Source of the DNA: Hadesarchaea archaeon | GTDB taxonomy: Archaea; Hadarchaeota; Hadarchaeia; Hadarchaeales; Hadarchaeaceae | Length of the DNA: 46,713 nt | Direction of reading: 5' to 3' | Assembly: GCA_029880065.1 (NCBI GenBank) | Contig: JAOUPD010000001.1 | Span: 1 to 46,713 of the forward strand | Shown: positions 1 through 10,533 of the stretch, in pieces | Position numbering within the stretch: position 1 is the stretch's first letter | How the letters are laid out: each line of letters starts with the position of its first letter | Notes under the pieces: model-generated | What the model saw: only the letters and a program-made list of their open reading frames with translations | The model's database searches: none | Told to the model about the DNA's origin: nothing | Position numbers and translations under genes: made by a program

Positions 1-309
1 GTTGTTTTTTATCGATTGTGGTTCAATAAAATTAAAGTTGCTTTCATCCACATACCTTTGCGATTGTTGGATAAACGAACATAATCTGTGTCTCACCAGT
101 TGATGCGTAAATGCTCTCGAAACCCCAGAAATTCTAAATGTAGCATAAGCATGTTCCAAAACTGAAAGGTGCCCTCTTTTAATGAGCATCCTTATAAACG
201 CCTTTTCCGTATCTTTCCCCTGCTTCCCAAATGATAAATAAGATGTGCGCCCCGCCGTTTCTATTAGTTTTTCCGCGTCTGGAGTAATGAATAACAGTTC
301 AACTTTCAT
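1..309 (-). CDS. thyX: Flavin-dependent thymidylate synthase ThyX (N-terminal part; 3' end runs off window)
   Basis: Not in ORF track. Minus-strand ATG at 309. Translation [21 protein letters not shown]...[21 protein letters not shown] carries the ThyX RHRxxSxxxxSxR signature. Open frame to position 1. Confidence 0.8.
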   Translation of the reverse strand, partial: MKVELLFITPDAEKLIETAGRTSYLSFGKQGKDTEKAFIRMLIKRGHLSVLEHAYATFRISGVSRAFTHQLVRHRLCSFIQQSQRYVDESNFNFIEPQSIKNN

Positions 310-328
310 TTTTACCTACCAAACTGCC

Positions 329-1006
329 TCAAGCGTAACTTATCACGATGCTCCTTATCACGTCAGCGACATCCTCGCAACGATCCGCAACGTTCTCCAT
401 CCTATCAATCGTCTCTTTTAACATCATGCAAAATCCAACCGTCTTCGATCGATTGATCCAAGCGACGAGTTTAGGTACAAGTTGTTTCATCCGGAATTCG
501 TCGATTCTCTCCTCTATCATCTCTGCTTCGTTTGCTAGATTAATCGCATCGCGTGGGTTTTTGATCAACATCCTCAGCGCGTTGCTCACCGACTCTACTA
601 TGTCTACGAGGCTATCCGACATGGTCTTTAGCCCCTCCTTCAGATCTTTATTGATCTTTCCTAGCGGGATGAGTCTCAACCTCCTCGTCGCCGCTTCCGC
701 ATTCGTCGCAATATCGTCAGCGGTTAGAATGAGCCTCATAATCTCCTCTCGATTTATCGGGTGAAAAATTCCCTTGGAGAGCTTCTCTATGACCTTTCTC
801 TTGATTTCGTCCGCTTCCCTTTCTCTATCAGCGACTTCCTTGAAAGCGCTCTTCATCTTTGTCGCGTCCGATTCACAAAACGCGTAGACTGTCTTTTTTA
901 ACCCAATAATGGTCGCAACGAGTTTGTTCATGTGCTCCTCGCAAAGCTTGATGATTTCCTTTTCCTTCTCTTTCCCCAGCCAGATGAGCGAACTCCTTGA
1001 TTTCAA
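329..1006 (-). CDS. DUF47 / PhoU-like phosphate transport regulator family protein
   Basis: 225-aa all-helical protein. Resembles the TIGR00153/DUF47 family and sits directly downstream of a PiT transporter, the usual pairing. The track start codon is TTG, so the exact start is uncertain. Confidence 0.65.
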   Translation of the reverse strand: MKSRSSLIWLGKEKEKEIIKLCEEHMNKLVATIIGLKKTVYAFCESDATKMKSAFKEVADREREADEIKRKVIEKLSKGIFHPINREEIMRLILTADDIATNAEAATRRLRLIPLGKINKDLKEGLKTMSDSLVDIVESVSNALRMLIKNPRDAINLANEAEMIEERIDEFRMKQLVPKLVAWINRSKTVGFCMMLKETIDRMENVADRCEDVADVIRSIVISYA

Positions 1007-1060
1007 CCGTATACCTCCAAGAAATATTAAAACGGTTCTATTTAAAAATACGTCATCTTA

Positions 1061-2323
1061 TCACGTTGGTATTAAAATGTTGAATAGTCCGAATAACACC
1101 GCGCTCAAGATAACTGCAGCGGGAATCGTTACCCCCCATGTCAAAAGAATTTTTCCAACCGTGCGCTTGTTCACGCCTCCAAAACCCATTGAAGCTATAC
1201 CAACGCCTATGATTGCCCCTATGCTTGAATGAGTAGTTGAAATTGGTATTCCGAACCCAATGAGATAGTATGGAACGACCGTGAAAAGAAAGATTACAAA
1301 TGCGTTGGAGTACTCCCCTGCAAGTCCGGTCAGTGGATCAAGACGCGTAACCCTGAAGCTTGAAGTTCTGATCACGCGGTAACCCCAAGTAAGACCGCCT
1401 ACCGCCATGCCAAAGCTTCCGAGCAAGGCGAGTAGTATCATAACTTCCATTGTCGGTGCCCCTGATATTGCCATGGTAGGGGTTACGAAGGCTCCAGTAG
1501 CATTGGCCATGTCGTTCGCACCAAACGCGAAAGCAGAAAAACATAGGGCGACGATGAGAAGATTGGACATGAGTTTTACGGTCCCAGCTCTATCTGTGCG
1601 CTCACCGCTTTTGGGGGTTTGATATCTTTTGTGAATCCAGATTGTACCAATGGTTCCGAGTATTGTCGCACCCAGAAGAGATACACCGAAAGATTCAAAC
1701 AGGGGAAATTCAAAAACTTTCTGACAAATGGTAAGCGTGACGGCAAAACCCAAACCAAAAAGAAGTAGATAGCTTAGGATCATGTTCGTTTGTCTCTTCC
1801 TGGATTTTCTAAAGTATGCGCGGAAAGCATGAAAGAGGCCAAACGCTACAAGAACGGCTAAGAGAGGTGAGATCAACAAGCTGCCAAAGATTATAAAAAC
1901 CTTATCCCAGTTCACCAATTGGGGAGATGCGATAAGTCCAAAACCCAGAACTCCTCCAATGATGGCGTGAGTAGTAGACGTTGGCAAGCCTTTCCACGTG
2001 CAAAGGGCGACAAAGAGGCCCGCTGCAAGTATCGCGGCGAAACTTCCCATAATCATAACTCCCTCGGACAGCGCCTCCTTGGGGATGATGCCTCGATCAA
2101 TCGTTTTCATCACGAATGGACCGAGGAGTATTCCACCGAGTGCAGCAAATATCGCAAATAGGATAACCGCTTTTTTCATCGAGATGACGCCTGAGCCCAC
2201 TGCGCAGTCAGTAGGATTGGCAGCGTCGTTTGCCCCTAGGTTCCACGCCATCAACAGGCAGAGGAGAATGCCGATGGCGTAAACGAGTATGATAATCATT
2301 GGTCGTCTCCTATCCCTTTTCAT
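1061..2323 (-). CDS. Inorganic phosphate transporter, PiT (PHO4) family
   Basis: 420-aa polytopic membrane protein with the duplicated GANDxAN signature (GANDAANPT near the N-terminus, GANDMANATG in the second half). Confidence 0.9.
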   Translation of the reverse strand: MKRDRRRPMIIILVYAIGILLCLLMAWNLGANDAANPTDCAVGSGVISMKKAVILFAIFAALGGILLGPFVMKTIDRGIIPKEALSEGVMIMGSFAAILAAGLFVALCTWKGLPTSTTHAIIGGVLGFGLIASPQLVNWDKVFIIFGSLLISPLLAVLVAFGLFHAFRAYFRKSRKRQTNMILSYLLLFGLGFAVTLTICQKVFEFPLFESFGVSLLGATILGTIGTIWIHKRYQTPKSGERTDRAGTVKLMSNLLIVALCFSAFAFGANDMANATGAFVTPTMAISGAPTMEVMILLALLGSFGMAVGGLTWGYRVIRTSSFRVTRLDPLTGLAGEYSNAFVIFLFTVVPYYLIGFGIPISTTHSSIGAIIGVGIASMGFGGVNKRTVGKILLTWGVTIPAAVILSAVLFGLFNILIPT

Positions 2324-2403
2324 GCTGGAGGAAAAACAATATATACCTCACTTTTTATCTAAACTCCGGGCGAAGTCAACGTTATCTAGGATTTCTCTGG
2401 TAA

Positions 2404-3870
2404 ATGTTAATAATTAGGTGGATAAATAAAAAAGGGAGTACCAAGGTGGTCAAATTTCCACCCAGTCGTGCTGAGATTAGAAGGTTCCAGCGGGCTGTTG
2501 AGGATGTAGTTTCATTCCTCAAGCCGAGGCTGGGCGGCGATACCCGCGTTAAAATCATCTCCCACACAGATGCCGACGGGATAGCCGCAGCAGCGATTAT
2601 GGCGAGATGTCTTTACACATACAATGTCCCCCTCAACGTTAAGTTCGCACATCCGTTAAAGCCGGACGAAATAGCCGAACTCGGGAAGGGGAACCACGAT
2701 TTCTTCATATTTCTCGACCAAGGAAGCAGCCAAATCGAAGCTATCCACAAGTTCATCCTCGGTAGGAAACGCGATGTCGTCGTAATCGACCACCACCCCG
2801 GGGAATTTCCGGATCACCCCAACTTAGCTTATTTGAACCCTCATACATGCGGACTCAACGGCGCGAAAGACGTGAGCGCTAGCGGCGCCGTTTACTCCGT
2901 CGTCGAGCAGCTAGACCGAAGCTTCAGGCCTCTTGTTGGGCTCGCGATCGTGGGGGCAATCGGTGACCGCCAAGAGCTCTTCTCGGGCTTCACTAGCATC
3001 AATGATACCTTAATAAAGCGGGCGATTGACCTAGGCTTCCTTCGCGTGGGAGAGGGGCTTAGGCTGATTGGGCGCACCTTGAATCAGGTGGTAGAGTGTT
3101 TGAGGTTAATGACGAGGCCATATATCCCCTCCCTCTCGGGGAACCTATCTGCTTGCCGCTCCCTCGTCGACGCACTTGGGCTCTCGCCATCTAGCACCTT
3201 GGCCGAGCTTGGCTTGGAAGCGGAACGAAAAATAAAAGATGCAATCCTCGCCCAAGTCGGTCCCCCCGCGACTAATGAGGAGTTCTATCGCAGGCTTTGG
3301 GGAGCAATCTACACATTAGTTACGGAGGACTTGGTCGGCCCACGCGACCTCGGAGAATACGCAGCGATGCTTGACGCCTGCGCAAACCTTCGAAAACCCG
3401 AGTTCGGTTTCGCCGTGGCGGTGGGTGATCAGTCGACACAGTCTGAGGCGCTCGCCATACTGAACCGCCACCAAGAGCAAATGCTGAATGTACTAGAATG
3501 GCTAGTTTCCCACCTCGACTCATTCAAGCTCACGCCGCGATTTAGACACATATACTTCGGTAGTTTGGTTGGTCCGACCATGGTGGGTGAGGCGCTCTCG
3601 CTCGCGATAGAGTCCGGACTCGTCGCCACAGACCGCCCGGTTCTAGGAATCACGGAAGTTAGCGCAGAGGAACTCAAGGTCTCGGCCCGGAGTACTCCCA
3701 TACTAGCGGCACAAGGTGTAAATGTCGGGCGGGCTCTGGCTGAAGCCGCGAAAGCGGTAGGAGGCAATGGCGGAGGCCATGATGTCTCGGCCGCGGCTCG
3801 GATACCACGGGAAAGGATGGACGAATTTATCGCAAAGGTCGACCAAACGCTCTCGGGAGGCAGCGAATGA
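2404..3870 (+). CDS. DHH/DHHA1 phosphoesterase, archaeal RecJ-like (GAN/Cdc45-type) nuclease
   Basis: DHH motifs SHTDADGIAAA and VIDHHP. C-terminal DHHA1 motif GGNGGGHDVSAAARI. The more likely start is GTG at 2446 (GGGAG about 8 nt upstream). Confidence 0.7.
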   Translation: MLIIRWINKKGSTKVVKFPPSRAEIRRFQRAVEDVVSFLKPRLGGDTRVKIISHTDADGIAAAAIMARCLYTYNVPLNVKFAHPLKPDEIAELGKGNHDFFIFLDQGSSQIEAIHKFILGRKRDVVVIDHHPGEFPDHPNLAYLNPHTCGLNGAKDVSASGAVYSVVEQLDRSFRPLVGLAIVGAIGDRQELFSGFTSINDTLIKRAIDLGFLRVGEGLRLIGRTLNQVVECLRLMTRPYIPSLSGNLSACRSLVDALGLSPSSTLAELGLEAERKIKDAILAQVGPPATNEEFYRRLWGAIYTLVTEDLVGPRDLGEYAAMLDACANLRKPEFGFAVAVGDQSTQSEALAILNRHQEQMLNVLEWLVSHLDSFKLTPRFRHIYFGSLVGPTMVGEALSLAIESGLVATDRPVLGITEVSAEELKVSARSTPILAAQGVNVGRALAEAAKAVGGNGGGHDVSAAARIPRERMDEFIAKVDQTLSGGSE

Positions 3871-3880
3871 ACTACGGAGG

Positions 3881-4120
3881 ATGCTTATGCTAATGCGTGC
3901 GAAAGTGAGCTGCACCTATGGACGCGAGAGTATTTCGAATGCTATAGCCGTTGCGCTAAGGCCGGATAGCCATCAAGCTCCAAAAGGTATCCAAGTAGCG
4001 ACAGATGCACGAGGCACGCGAGTGGTCAGCACGATAAAGCTTGACGGCAAAATTGAAACTCTCTTGGCAACGCTCGACGACTTGCTAGCGTGCACTTCTA
4101 CCGCTGAGAGCATCCTGTAG
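3881..4120 (+). CDS. pcc1: KEOPS subunit Pcc1-like small protein
   Basis: 79 aa from ATG 3881 (GGAGG immediately upstream, just after the recJ-like stop). The pattern AKVSCTY..ESISNAIAVALRPD...VVSTIKLDGKIETLLATLDDLL matches the Pcc1/CTAG fold pattern from memory. The track ORF 3767..4120 is over-extended. Confidence 0.5.
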   Translation: MLMLMRAKVSCTYGRESISNAIAVALRPDSHQAPKGIQVATDARGTRVVSTIKLDGKIETLLATLDDLLACTSTAESIL

Positions 4121-5405
4121 TCGCCAATTTCTGACCTATTTTTTCGGCCCCCATGTATGGTACCAATGCGGGCGGAACTAGGATTGAGCCGTCCCTCTGC
4201 TGATAGTTTTCTAGGATAGATATCAAAACCCTTTCAGTGGCCACCAGTGTGCTATTTATGGTGTGAACAAATTTTGAAGGTTCACCAGTTTTGTCTCTAT
4301 ATCTTATGTTTGATCTGACGGCTTGGTATGAAGTGCAATTGCTGCATGATGCCGCCTCTCGATATTTTCCCTGACCGGGCAGCCAAGTTTCAAGGTCATA
4401 TTTTTTCGCCGCTACTGTCCCCATGTCGCCGCTGCAGACGCTTACTATTCTGTAAGGCAACCCGAGTTTTTGGAATATCTCTTCAGCGTTGGTAATCAAT
4501 TCCTCGTGCCTCTTCCATGAGTCCTCAGGTTTACAGAAGATGAATTGCTCGACTTTCTCAAACTGATGAACCCGGAATATCCCTTTAGTATCTCTGCCGT
4601 GTGTTCCGGCCTCCTTCCTAAAACAGGGGCTCACCCCGCCATACCTAATCGGCAAGCTCTTTCCATCCAATGTCTCATTCATGTGTAACGCCAGCAGCGC
4701 GTGCTCAGAAGTAGCCAGCATGTAAAGGTCTTCCCCCTCGATTTTGTAGATGGTATCCTCGAAATCGGACAAAGCGACCGCACCCTCGAGTGGTTTCCTT
4801 TTTAGCATGTAAGGCGGCTGAAATAGAGCAAACCCCTTTCTTGTGATAAAATCGAGTGCAAATTTTATTATGGCATAGTTTAACTGAACAAGTTCTCCCT
4901 TTAGGTAATAAAACCTCGCGCCCGCCACCCTAGCAGCTCGCTCAAGGTCAACTAGGTCGAGGTTCAATGCGAGATCGATGTGATCTTTTGGTGTGAAATC
5001 AAATTTGGGTATCTCGCCCCACCTTCTTATTTCAACGTTGTCGTTTTCGTCCTTGCCTACCGGCACTGACTCGTGCATTAAATTTGGAAGATTAAGGAGT
5101 ATATGATCAATTTTTTTTCTGTAGCCCTGCACTTTTTGTTCGAGACTTTTTATTTTTTGTGGGATTTTTTTCGCTTCTTTAGTTTTCTGCGTTACATCCT
5201 TGTTCTCTTTTTTAAGCCTCGCTATTTCCGCAGTGATTTTATTGCGCTTTTCCCTCAATTTATTTGTTTCTAGTGCCAACTTTCTCCAATTTTCATCGTA
5301 TTTCAGTAGATTGTCGACCCACTTTACTTTGGCTAAATCTCCCCGCTTGACCAAATCTGCTTTTACGAGGTCAGGATTTTTGCGCACAAATTTTACATCA
5401 AGCAT
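4098..5405 (-). CDS. serS: Seryl-tRNA synthetase
   Basis: MLDVKFVRKNPDLVKADL N-terminal coiled-coil arm followed by a class II core (FRKEAG.HG.DT.GIFRVHQFEKVE, TLVATERVL). ATG at 5405 is preferred over the TTG at 5411. Converges on and overlaps the pcc1-like 3' end by 23 nt. Confidence 0.9.
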   Translation of the reverse strand: MLDVKFVRKNPDLVKADLVKRGDLAKVKWVDNLLKYDENWRKLALETNKLREKRNKITAEIARLKKENKDVTQKTKEAKKIPQKIKSLEQKVQGYRKKIDHILLNLPNLMHESVPVGKDENDNVEIRRWGEIPKFDFTPKDHIDLALNLDLVDLERAARVAGARFYYLKGELVQLNYAIIKFALDFITRKGFALFQPPYMLKRKPLEGAVALSDFEDTIYKIEGEDLYMLATSEHALLALHMNETLDGKSLPIRYGGVSPCFRKEAGTHGRDTKGIFRVHQFEKVEQFIFCKPEDSWKRHEELITNAEEIFQKLGLPYRIVSVCSGDMGTVAAKKYDLETWLPGQGKYREAASCSNCTSYQAVRSNIRYRDKTGEPSKFVHTINSTLVATERVLISILENYQQRDGSILVPPALVPYMGAEKIGQKLATTGCSQR

Positions 5406-5553
5406 TGCCAAACCTCACCGAATAAATTTTGTTCCTAATCTAAAAGTCTTTGTAAACATCCATTTTAGCAAAAATTTTTTGAAAACTAACTATTTAAGTT
5501 CATTAAGAGAGAAAGGCACTGAAAACAGTTTATAAACAATAGATGGTGGGATT

Positions 5554-6138
5554 ATGGAAGAAAAGAAACGGGCCGTAAAGAAGTCTTGGCGGGAGAAAGG
5601 GTGGTACGACATCATCGCTCCCCCAATGTTCGGCAACGCAAAGATAGGTGAAACTCTCGCCTCCGACTCGAGTCAGCTTATCGGGCGGGTCTTCGAGACT
5701 ACACTGGGTGACCTAATCGAGGACTTCTCGAAGTCTCACATCAAACTATACTTCCAAGTTAAGGGCGTCGAGGAAGGCCGCGCGCTCACCAGTTTCATAA
5801 GTCACGACATGGCCCGCGATTACATCCGGAGCCAGATCCGGCGGCGGGCGACACGCATCAGCGACATCTCAACCGTGACGACCCAAGACGGCTACAGGCT
5901 TAGGGTTAGCGCCATTATCACAACACTCCGCCGTGTCCAGAGCTCGCAGCTCGAAGCAATCCGCAGGGACATGCGGAAAGTTGTCGCAGCCCGCGCCGGG
6001 GAGCGGACGTTCGACCAGTTCGTGCAGGAGGTCGTGCTGGGAAAGCTCTCTGCCGATCTCTATAAGGAAGCAAAGAAATACTGTCCGGTTAAGCGAGTCG
6101 AGGTTTGGAAAACGAAGGTGTTGGCCGGGCCAGCGTAG
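5554..6138 (+). CDS. rps3ae: 30S ribosomal protein S3Ae (eS1)
   Basis: KKSWREKGWYDIIAPPMFG N-terminal signature and the expected length (194 aa). Confidence 0.9.
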   Translation: MEEKKRAVKKSWREKGWYDIIAPPMFGNAKIGETLASDSSQLIGRVFETTLGDLIEDFSKSHIKLYFQVKGVEEGRALTSFISHDMARDYIRSQIRRRATRISDISTVTTQDGYRLRVSAIITTLRRVQSSQLEAIRRDMRKVVAARAGERTFDQFVQEVVLGKLSADLYKEAKKYCPVKRVEVWKTKVLAGPA

Positions 6139-6150
6139 TAGTCGATTTTC

Positions 6151-7506
6151 ATGCGCAAGCTCTTCGGTACCTCTGGAGTTCGAGGCGTGGTGGGAGACCA
6201 ACTTACTCCTGAACTCGCGCTCGATCTCGGCCTAGCGCTTGCAACTTATCTTGGTGGCAAAGGCAGCGTCGCTCTCGGCAAAGATCCCCGCACCTCCAGC
6301 GACATGATTGAGAGCTGCGTAACATCAGGGTTGCTTTCAGGGGGTTGTGATGTTATGAAACTAGGTGTAGTCCCAACTCCTGCCGTGAGCTTCGCGGTGC
6401 GGCAGTTTAGGGCCAAAGCCGGCATTATGATCACCGCTTCGCACAACCCGCCCGAGTACAACGGGATCAAGTTCTGGAGTAGCGATGGGATGGCGTACAC
6501 TCCCGAACAGGAAGAAGCGATCGAGCGAATTTACTCCGGCAAGCAAATGAAGCCTACCGCTTGGGACCGGATAGGCAAAGTCGAGGCGATTGATGTTCTG
6601 CCGGGCTACATCGACGAGATTGTGGGCACTGTCAAGCTAAAGCGGAGCTACAAGGTCGTGGTCGACTGCGGCAATGGAGCGGGCTCCGTGGTAACGCCCT
6701 ACTTGCTTCGAAAGCTGGGTTGCAAAGTGGTGACGTTGAACTCGCAACTCGACGGCTTCTTCCCTGGTCGCGGGCTCGAGCCCTCACCCGAGAATCTGGG
6801 GGAGCTCTGCAGCGTGGTGAAATCAATTGGCGCCGATCTCGGCATCGCGCACGATGGTGATGCGGATCGAGCCGCCGCTGTCGACGAGCTTGGGAGGGTT
6901 GCGCAGCCCGACAAGCTCTTAGGGTTAATCTCGGCCCACCAGATCAGGCGAAAGAAGGAAGTAGTGGTAACGACCGTTGATGCTTCGAGCGTCGTTGATG
7001 ATTGCGTTGCTGAGCGAGGCGGCAAGGTAGTGCGCACGCGTGTTGGCGACGTCAGCGTGGCAGCAGCAATTAAAAAACACAAAGCGGTCTTCGGCGGGGA
7101 GCCCAGCAGCGCCTGGATCTTTCCCCGCGTTCACCTTGCGCCAGACGGGCCTCTCGCGACGATTAAAATTTTGGAACTACTCGACTCAACTGGTAAGAAA
7201 CTTTCCGAATTGCTCGATATGCTGCCAGAGTATCCGACGGTGAGGGAAAAGGTGGCATGCCCCAACGAGAAAAAGGCGGACGTGATGAAAAAATTCAAGA
7301 TTCACGCAAAGCGAGAGTTTCTGGGCGTCAAGAGAATCCTCACCATCGATGGCGTCAGGCTCGAGTTCGAGAGCGGTTGGGTGCTCGTCAGGCCTTCAGG
7401 AACCGAGCCATACATCCGCGTGACCGTGGAGGGTAAGACCCCGACGCGAGCGAAGGAAATCGGCAGAAAGGCGACAAAAATATTGAAAGACGCCATGCGA
7501 GACTAA
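6151..7506 (+). CDS. glmM: Phosphoglucosamine mutase / phosphohexomutase (archaeal GlmM-type)
   Basis: Active-site loop TASHNPPEYNGIKF, Mg loop AHDGDADR, about 450 aa. Lies directly upstream of a GlmU-like gene. Confidence 0.8.
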   Translation: MRKLFGTSGVRGVVGDQLTPELALDLGLALATYLGGKGSVALGKDPRTSSDMIESCVTSGLLSGGCDVMKLGVVPTPAVSFAVRQFRAKAGIMITASHNPPEYNGIKFWSSDGMAYTPEQEEAIERIYSGKQMKPTAWDRIGKVEAIDVLPGYIDEIVGTVKLKRSYKVVVDCGNGAGSVVTPYLLRKLGCKVVTLNSQLDGFFPGRGLEPSPENLGELCSVVKSIGADLGIAHDGDADRAAAVDELGRVAQPDKLLGLISAHQIRRKKEVVVTTVDASSVVDDCVAERGGKVVRTRVGDVSVAAAIKKHKAVFGGEPSSAWIFPRVHLAPDGPLATIKILELLDSTGKKLSELLDMLPEYPTVREKVACPNEKKADVMKKFKIHAKREFLGVKRILTIDGVRLEFESGWVLVRPSGTEPYIRVTVEGKTPTRAKEIGRKATKILKDAMRD

Positions 7507-7684
7507 CTTTTAACTTAGCTTTATCACGAAGCTCTCACGTGAACAAGATTCTTCTACTACTATACACGGTCCTGAAATGACACAAAAGTTTCGCAAAGCC
7601 ACGATGGAAAGTGCACGACCGTGAACTATCGCTTATAAGTAATTTATCATGTTTTTATTAACCTAACATCAACTAACATTTGGG

Positions 7685-8974
7685 ATGGCGGTGAAAGCAA
7701 TCGTCCTTGCAGCAGGCCTTGGAACTAGAATGCGCCCGCTTACTTTCACGAAGCCAAAATTTCTGCTTCCGGTAGCTGGAAAGCCCGCCCTCGATCACGT
7801 GCTTCTGCTCTTGAGGAATGCTGGCATCAACGAAATTGCGATGATTGTAGGTTACGGGCGAGAGCAAATTATCGAGCGCTATGGCGATGGCTCAGGGCTT
7901 GGGGTGAAGCTCAAGTACTTACATCAAAAGAAGTTACTCGGCACCGCGAACGCCGTTTCGCTTGCTAAGGATTTCGTGAACGGAGAGAGTTTTATCGCGA
8001 TAAATGGCGACACCCTGATTGACCAAGAGTCGCTCAACGCTCTCCTGAAACGCTACGAAAAACTGGCTTCAAACAAAAATTTTGGCGGGATCATGGCAAC
8101 CATCGAGGTCGATGAACCCGAGCAGTTCGGGATAGTTTTTGTGAAGGGAGGAAAAGTCAGCGAGATAGTTGAGAAGCCGAAGCGGGTCAAGAGCAGGTTA
8201 GCGAACGCGGGCATGTACATTTTCAATCCCACAATATTTGAGGCAATCAAGGCGACGAAGAAATCCAAGCGGGGGGAGTACGAGCTAACAGCATCGATGC
8301 AAATTTTGGTCAACAGTGGTAAGGCCATCTACACCTCGCCACTCAATTTATGGGCTGACATCGGTAGGCCCTGGGATTTGCTGGTGGCGAACGATTACTT
8401 CTTGCGAGGGCAACGCGGCGAGATACACGGTGAGGTTGAGGGGGGCGCTTATATCGAAGACAACGTTTACATCGGAGAGGGCTCGCGAATTCGATCCGGC
8501 TCCTACATCTTGGGACCAACCTACATCGGCAAGGATTGCGACATCGGACCTAATTGTTTCATAAGGCCGTGCACGAGTATAGGCGACAAAGTAAGGATCG
8601 GCAACGCGGTCGAGGTAAAGAACAGCATCGTCATGGATTACACGCACATCGGGCACCTCTCGTACGCGGGTGACAGCGTTATCGGGAGTCACTGCAACCT
8701 CGGAGCGGGAACAACCATCGCAAATCTGCGTTTGGACGAGAAGCCTGTTAAGATGAAAGTCGGCGGTAAGGTAATCAGCAGCGGTAGGCGGAAGCTGGGT
8801 ACGATAATCGCCGACAATGTCAAAACAGGCATCAACTGTACGATAAACGTCGGAGTGAAAATCGGTCCAGATTCAGCGGTTGGGCCAGGAGCGGTAGTTT
8901 ACAAGGATGTTCCTCCAAATACGATTATATACGTGAAACCCATCGTGGAGAAAAGGAAGTGGAAACCCGAGTAG
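7685..8974 (+). CDS. glmU: Bifunctional sugar-1-phosphate nucleotidylyltransferase / acetyltransferase (archaeal GlmU-like)
   Basis: N-terminal AVILAAGLGTRMRPLT nucleotidyltransferase motif plus C-terminal left-handed beta-helix hexapeptide repeats (IGEGSRI..., IGDKVRIGNAVEV...). Confidence 0.8.
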   Translation: MAVKAIVLAAGLGTRMRPLTFTKPKFLLPVAGKPALDHVLLLLRNAGINEIAMIVGYGREQIIERYGDGSGLGVKLKYLHQKKLLGTANAVSLAKDFVNGESFIAINGDTLIDQESLNALLKRYEKLASNKNFGGIMATIEVDEPEQFGIVFVKGGKVSEIVEKPKRVKSRLANAGMYIFNPTIFEAIKATKKSKRGEYELTASMQILVNSGKAIYTSPLNLWADIGRPWDLLVANDYFLRGQRGEIHGEVEGGAYIEDNVYIGEGSRIRSGSYILGPTYIGKDCDIGPNCFIRPCTSIGDKVRIGNAVEVKNSIVMDYTHIGHLSYAGDSVIGSHCNLGAGTTIANLRLDEKPVKMKVGGKVISSGRRKLGTIIADNVKTGINCTINVGVKIGPDSAVGPGAVVYKDVPPNTIIYVKPIVEKRKWKPE

Positions 8975-8982
8975 GTTTTAAT

Positions 8983-9318
8983 ATGGGCGAGCTCACCCGC
9001 AAAGGATTCCGGAAGAGATACCCGAACCTAGCTGAAGAGTTGGGTGGGGTTGGAACAGTCGAAATTCAAGCTGTTCGAACTAGTGCAAAAGAGGCTGAGA
9101 AGGCATCACACAGCTTGCATGGTTACGAGCCAACTGCCGTCGATTTCATCCGACGCTGCGAAAACGATGCCCAAGCGCTTGAGATAATAAACTTCCTTGA
9201 GAAGAACGGAAAAATCGAGCCTGATTATGCACGGCATTTGCGCGCCCAGTTGACCGAGCGTGGACTACAGAGCTTCGGCAAGCGAAGGAAGTCCGGCTGC
9301 TACTGGTCCAGCGAGTAG
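8983..9318 (+). CDS. Conserved archaeal protein, DUF2095-like
   Basis: ATG at 8983, just after the glmU-like stop. The pattern RKRYPNLAEEL...GYEPTAVDFIRRCENDAQALEIINFLEKNGKIEPDYA matches my recollection of the DUF2095 family. Function unknown. Confidence 0.45.
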   Translation: MGELTRKGFRKRYPNLAEELGGVGTVEIQAVRTSAKEAEKASHSLHGYEPTAVDFIRRCENDAQALEIINFLEKNGKIEPDYARHLRAQLTERGLQSFGKRRKSGCYWSSE

Positions 9319-9326
9319 GGTTAAGC

Positions 9327-10529
9327 ATGCTTGAATTGGGTCTCGTAGGTAAACCAAATACAGGCAAGACCACCTTTTTCAACGCCGCAACGCTTGCGGA
9401 TGCTCCAGTGGCAGGTTACCCCTTTACAACAATCGATGCTAATGTCGGCGTCACCTACGTGCGAAGCCCATGCCCCTGCCGCGAGTTCAAGGTGACCTGT
9501 ACCCCCAAAAATTCGAAGTGCGTTGATGGGGTCCGGTACGTGCCCATCCGGATGATCGATGTCGCTGGCTTGGTAGAGGGGGCTTACATGGGGCGGGGCT
9601 TGGGCAATCGCTTCCTCGACAACCTTCGGATGGCAGCCGCATTAGTCCACATTATCGACGCAGCCGGAGCAACCGACGCTGAGGGCAAACCCTGCCCACC
9701 AAGTACCCACGATCCCGTTCAAGACATAGATTTCCTCGAAGTCGAGATCGCGGCATGGCTGCGGAGCCTGCTCGTGAAAGATTGGCCGAAGTTCGCGCGC
9801 AGGACGAAGTACGAGGAGCTCGATTTGGTTAAGGAGATAGCCGAGCGCCTGAGCGGGCTAGGTATAAAAGAAAATCATATTGCCCAAGCATTTCGGCAGA
9901 CAAGCGTGGATCGTTCGAACCCAGAAAAATGGACGGATGATGATTTGCTCCGATTCGTGGCAGAAGTTCGGAAAGCGAGTAAGCCCATTGTGATCGCCGC
10001 GAACAAAGCCGATGTTCCGGCGGCCGAGCTGAATATCGAGCGTTTGCGCCAGCGGGGGTACATCGTGGTCCCGACTTGCTCCGAAGCCGAGCTCATTCTG
10101 CGGCGCGGGAGCGAGAAGGGGTTTATGCGCTACGAGCCGGGCGACGAAGATTTCGAGATTCTCAAGCCTGAGGAGCTGAACGAGCAGCAGAAAAAGGCGA
10201 TCGAGATGACCCGTGCGCTGTTGAAAAAGTGGGGTTCGACGGGCGTCCAACAGGTAGTAGATAAGGCAATCTATGAACTGCTAAATCTAATCGTGGTTTA
10301 CCCCGTCGACGATGAGCACAAGCTCACGGACAAGAAAGGCAACGTGCTTCCTGACGCATACCTTGTTCCGAAAGGTACTAAGGCCCGCGAGTTTGCCTAC
10401 ATAATCCACACCGACCTCGGGAAGTCTTTCATTCACGCGATAGACGCTCGGACAAAGCGAAGACTGGGTGAGGATTACGAGCTCAAGGAGAGGGATGTGA
10501 TTAGGATAGTCGCGGCGAAGGGAAGGTGA
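9327..10529 (+). CDS. OBG-class GTPase/ATPase (YchF/Drg-like) with C-terminal TGS domain
   Basis: P-loop GLVGKPNTGKTTFFNA, G3 DVAGLV, NKAD G4, and a C-terminal TGS-like segment (ERDVIRIVAAKG). Confidence 0.8.
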   Translation: MLELGLVGKPNTGKTTFFNAATLADAPVAGYPFTTIDANVGVTYVRSPCPCREFKVTCTPKNSKCVDGVRYVPIRMIDVAGLVEGAYMGRGLGNRFLDNLRMAAALVHIIDAAGATDAEGKPCPPSTHDPVQDIDFLEVEIAAWLRSLLVKDWPKFARRTKYEELDLVKEIAERLSGLGIKENHIAQAFRQTSVDRSNPEKWTDDDLLRFVAEVRKASKPIVIAANKADVPAAELNIERLRQRGYIVVPTCSEAELILRRGSEKGFMRYEPGDEDFEILKPEELNEQQKKAIEMTRALLKKWGSTGVQQVVDKAIYELLNLIVVYPVDDEHKLTDKKGNVLPDAYLVPKGTKAREFAYIIHTDLGKSFIHAIDARTKRRLGEDYELKERDVIRIVAAKGR

Positions 10530-10533
10530 GCCG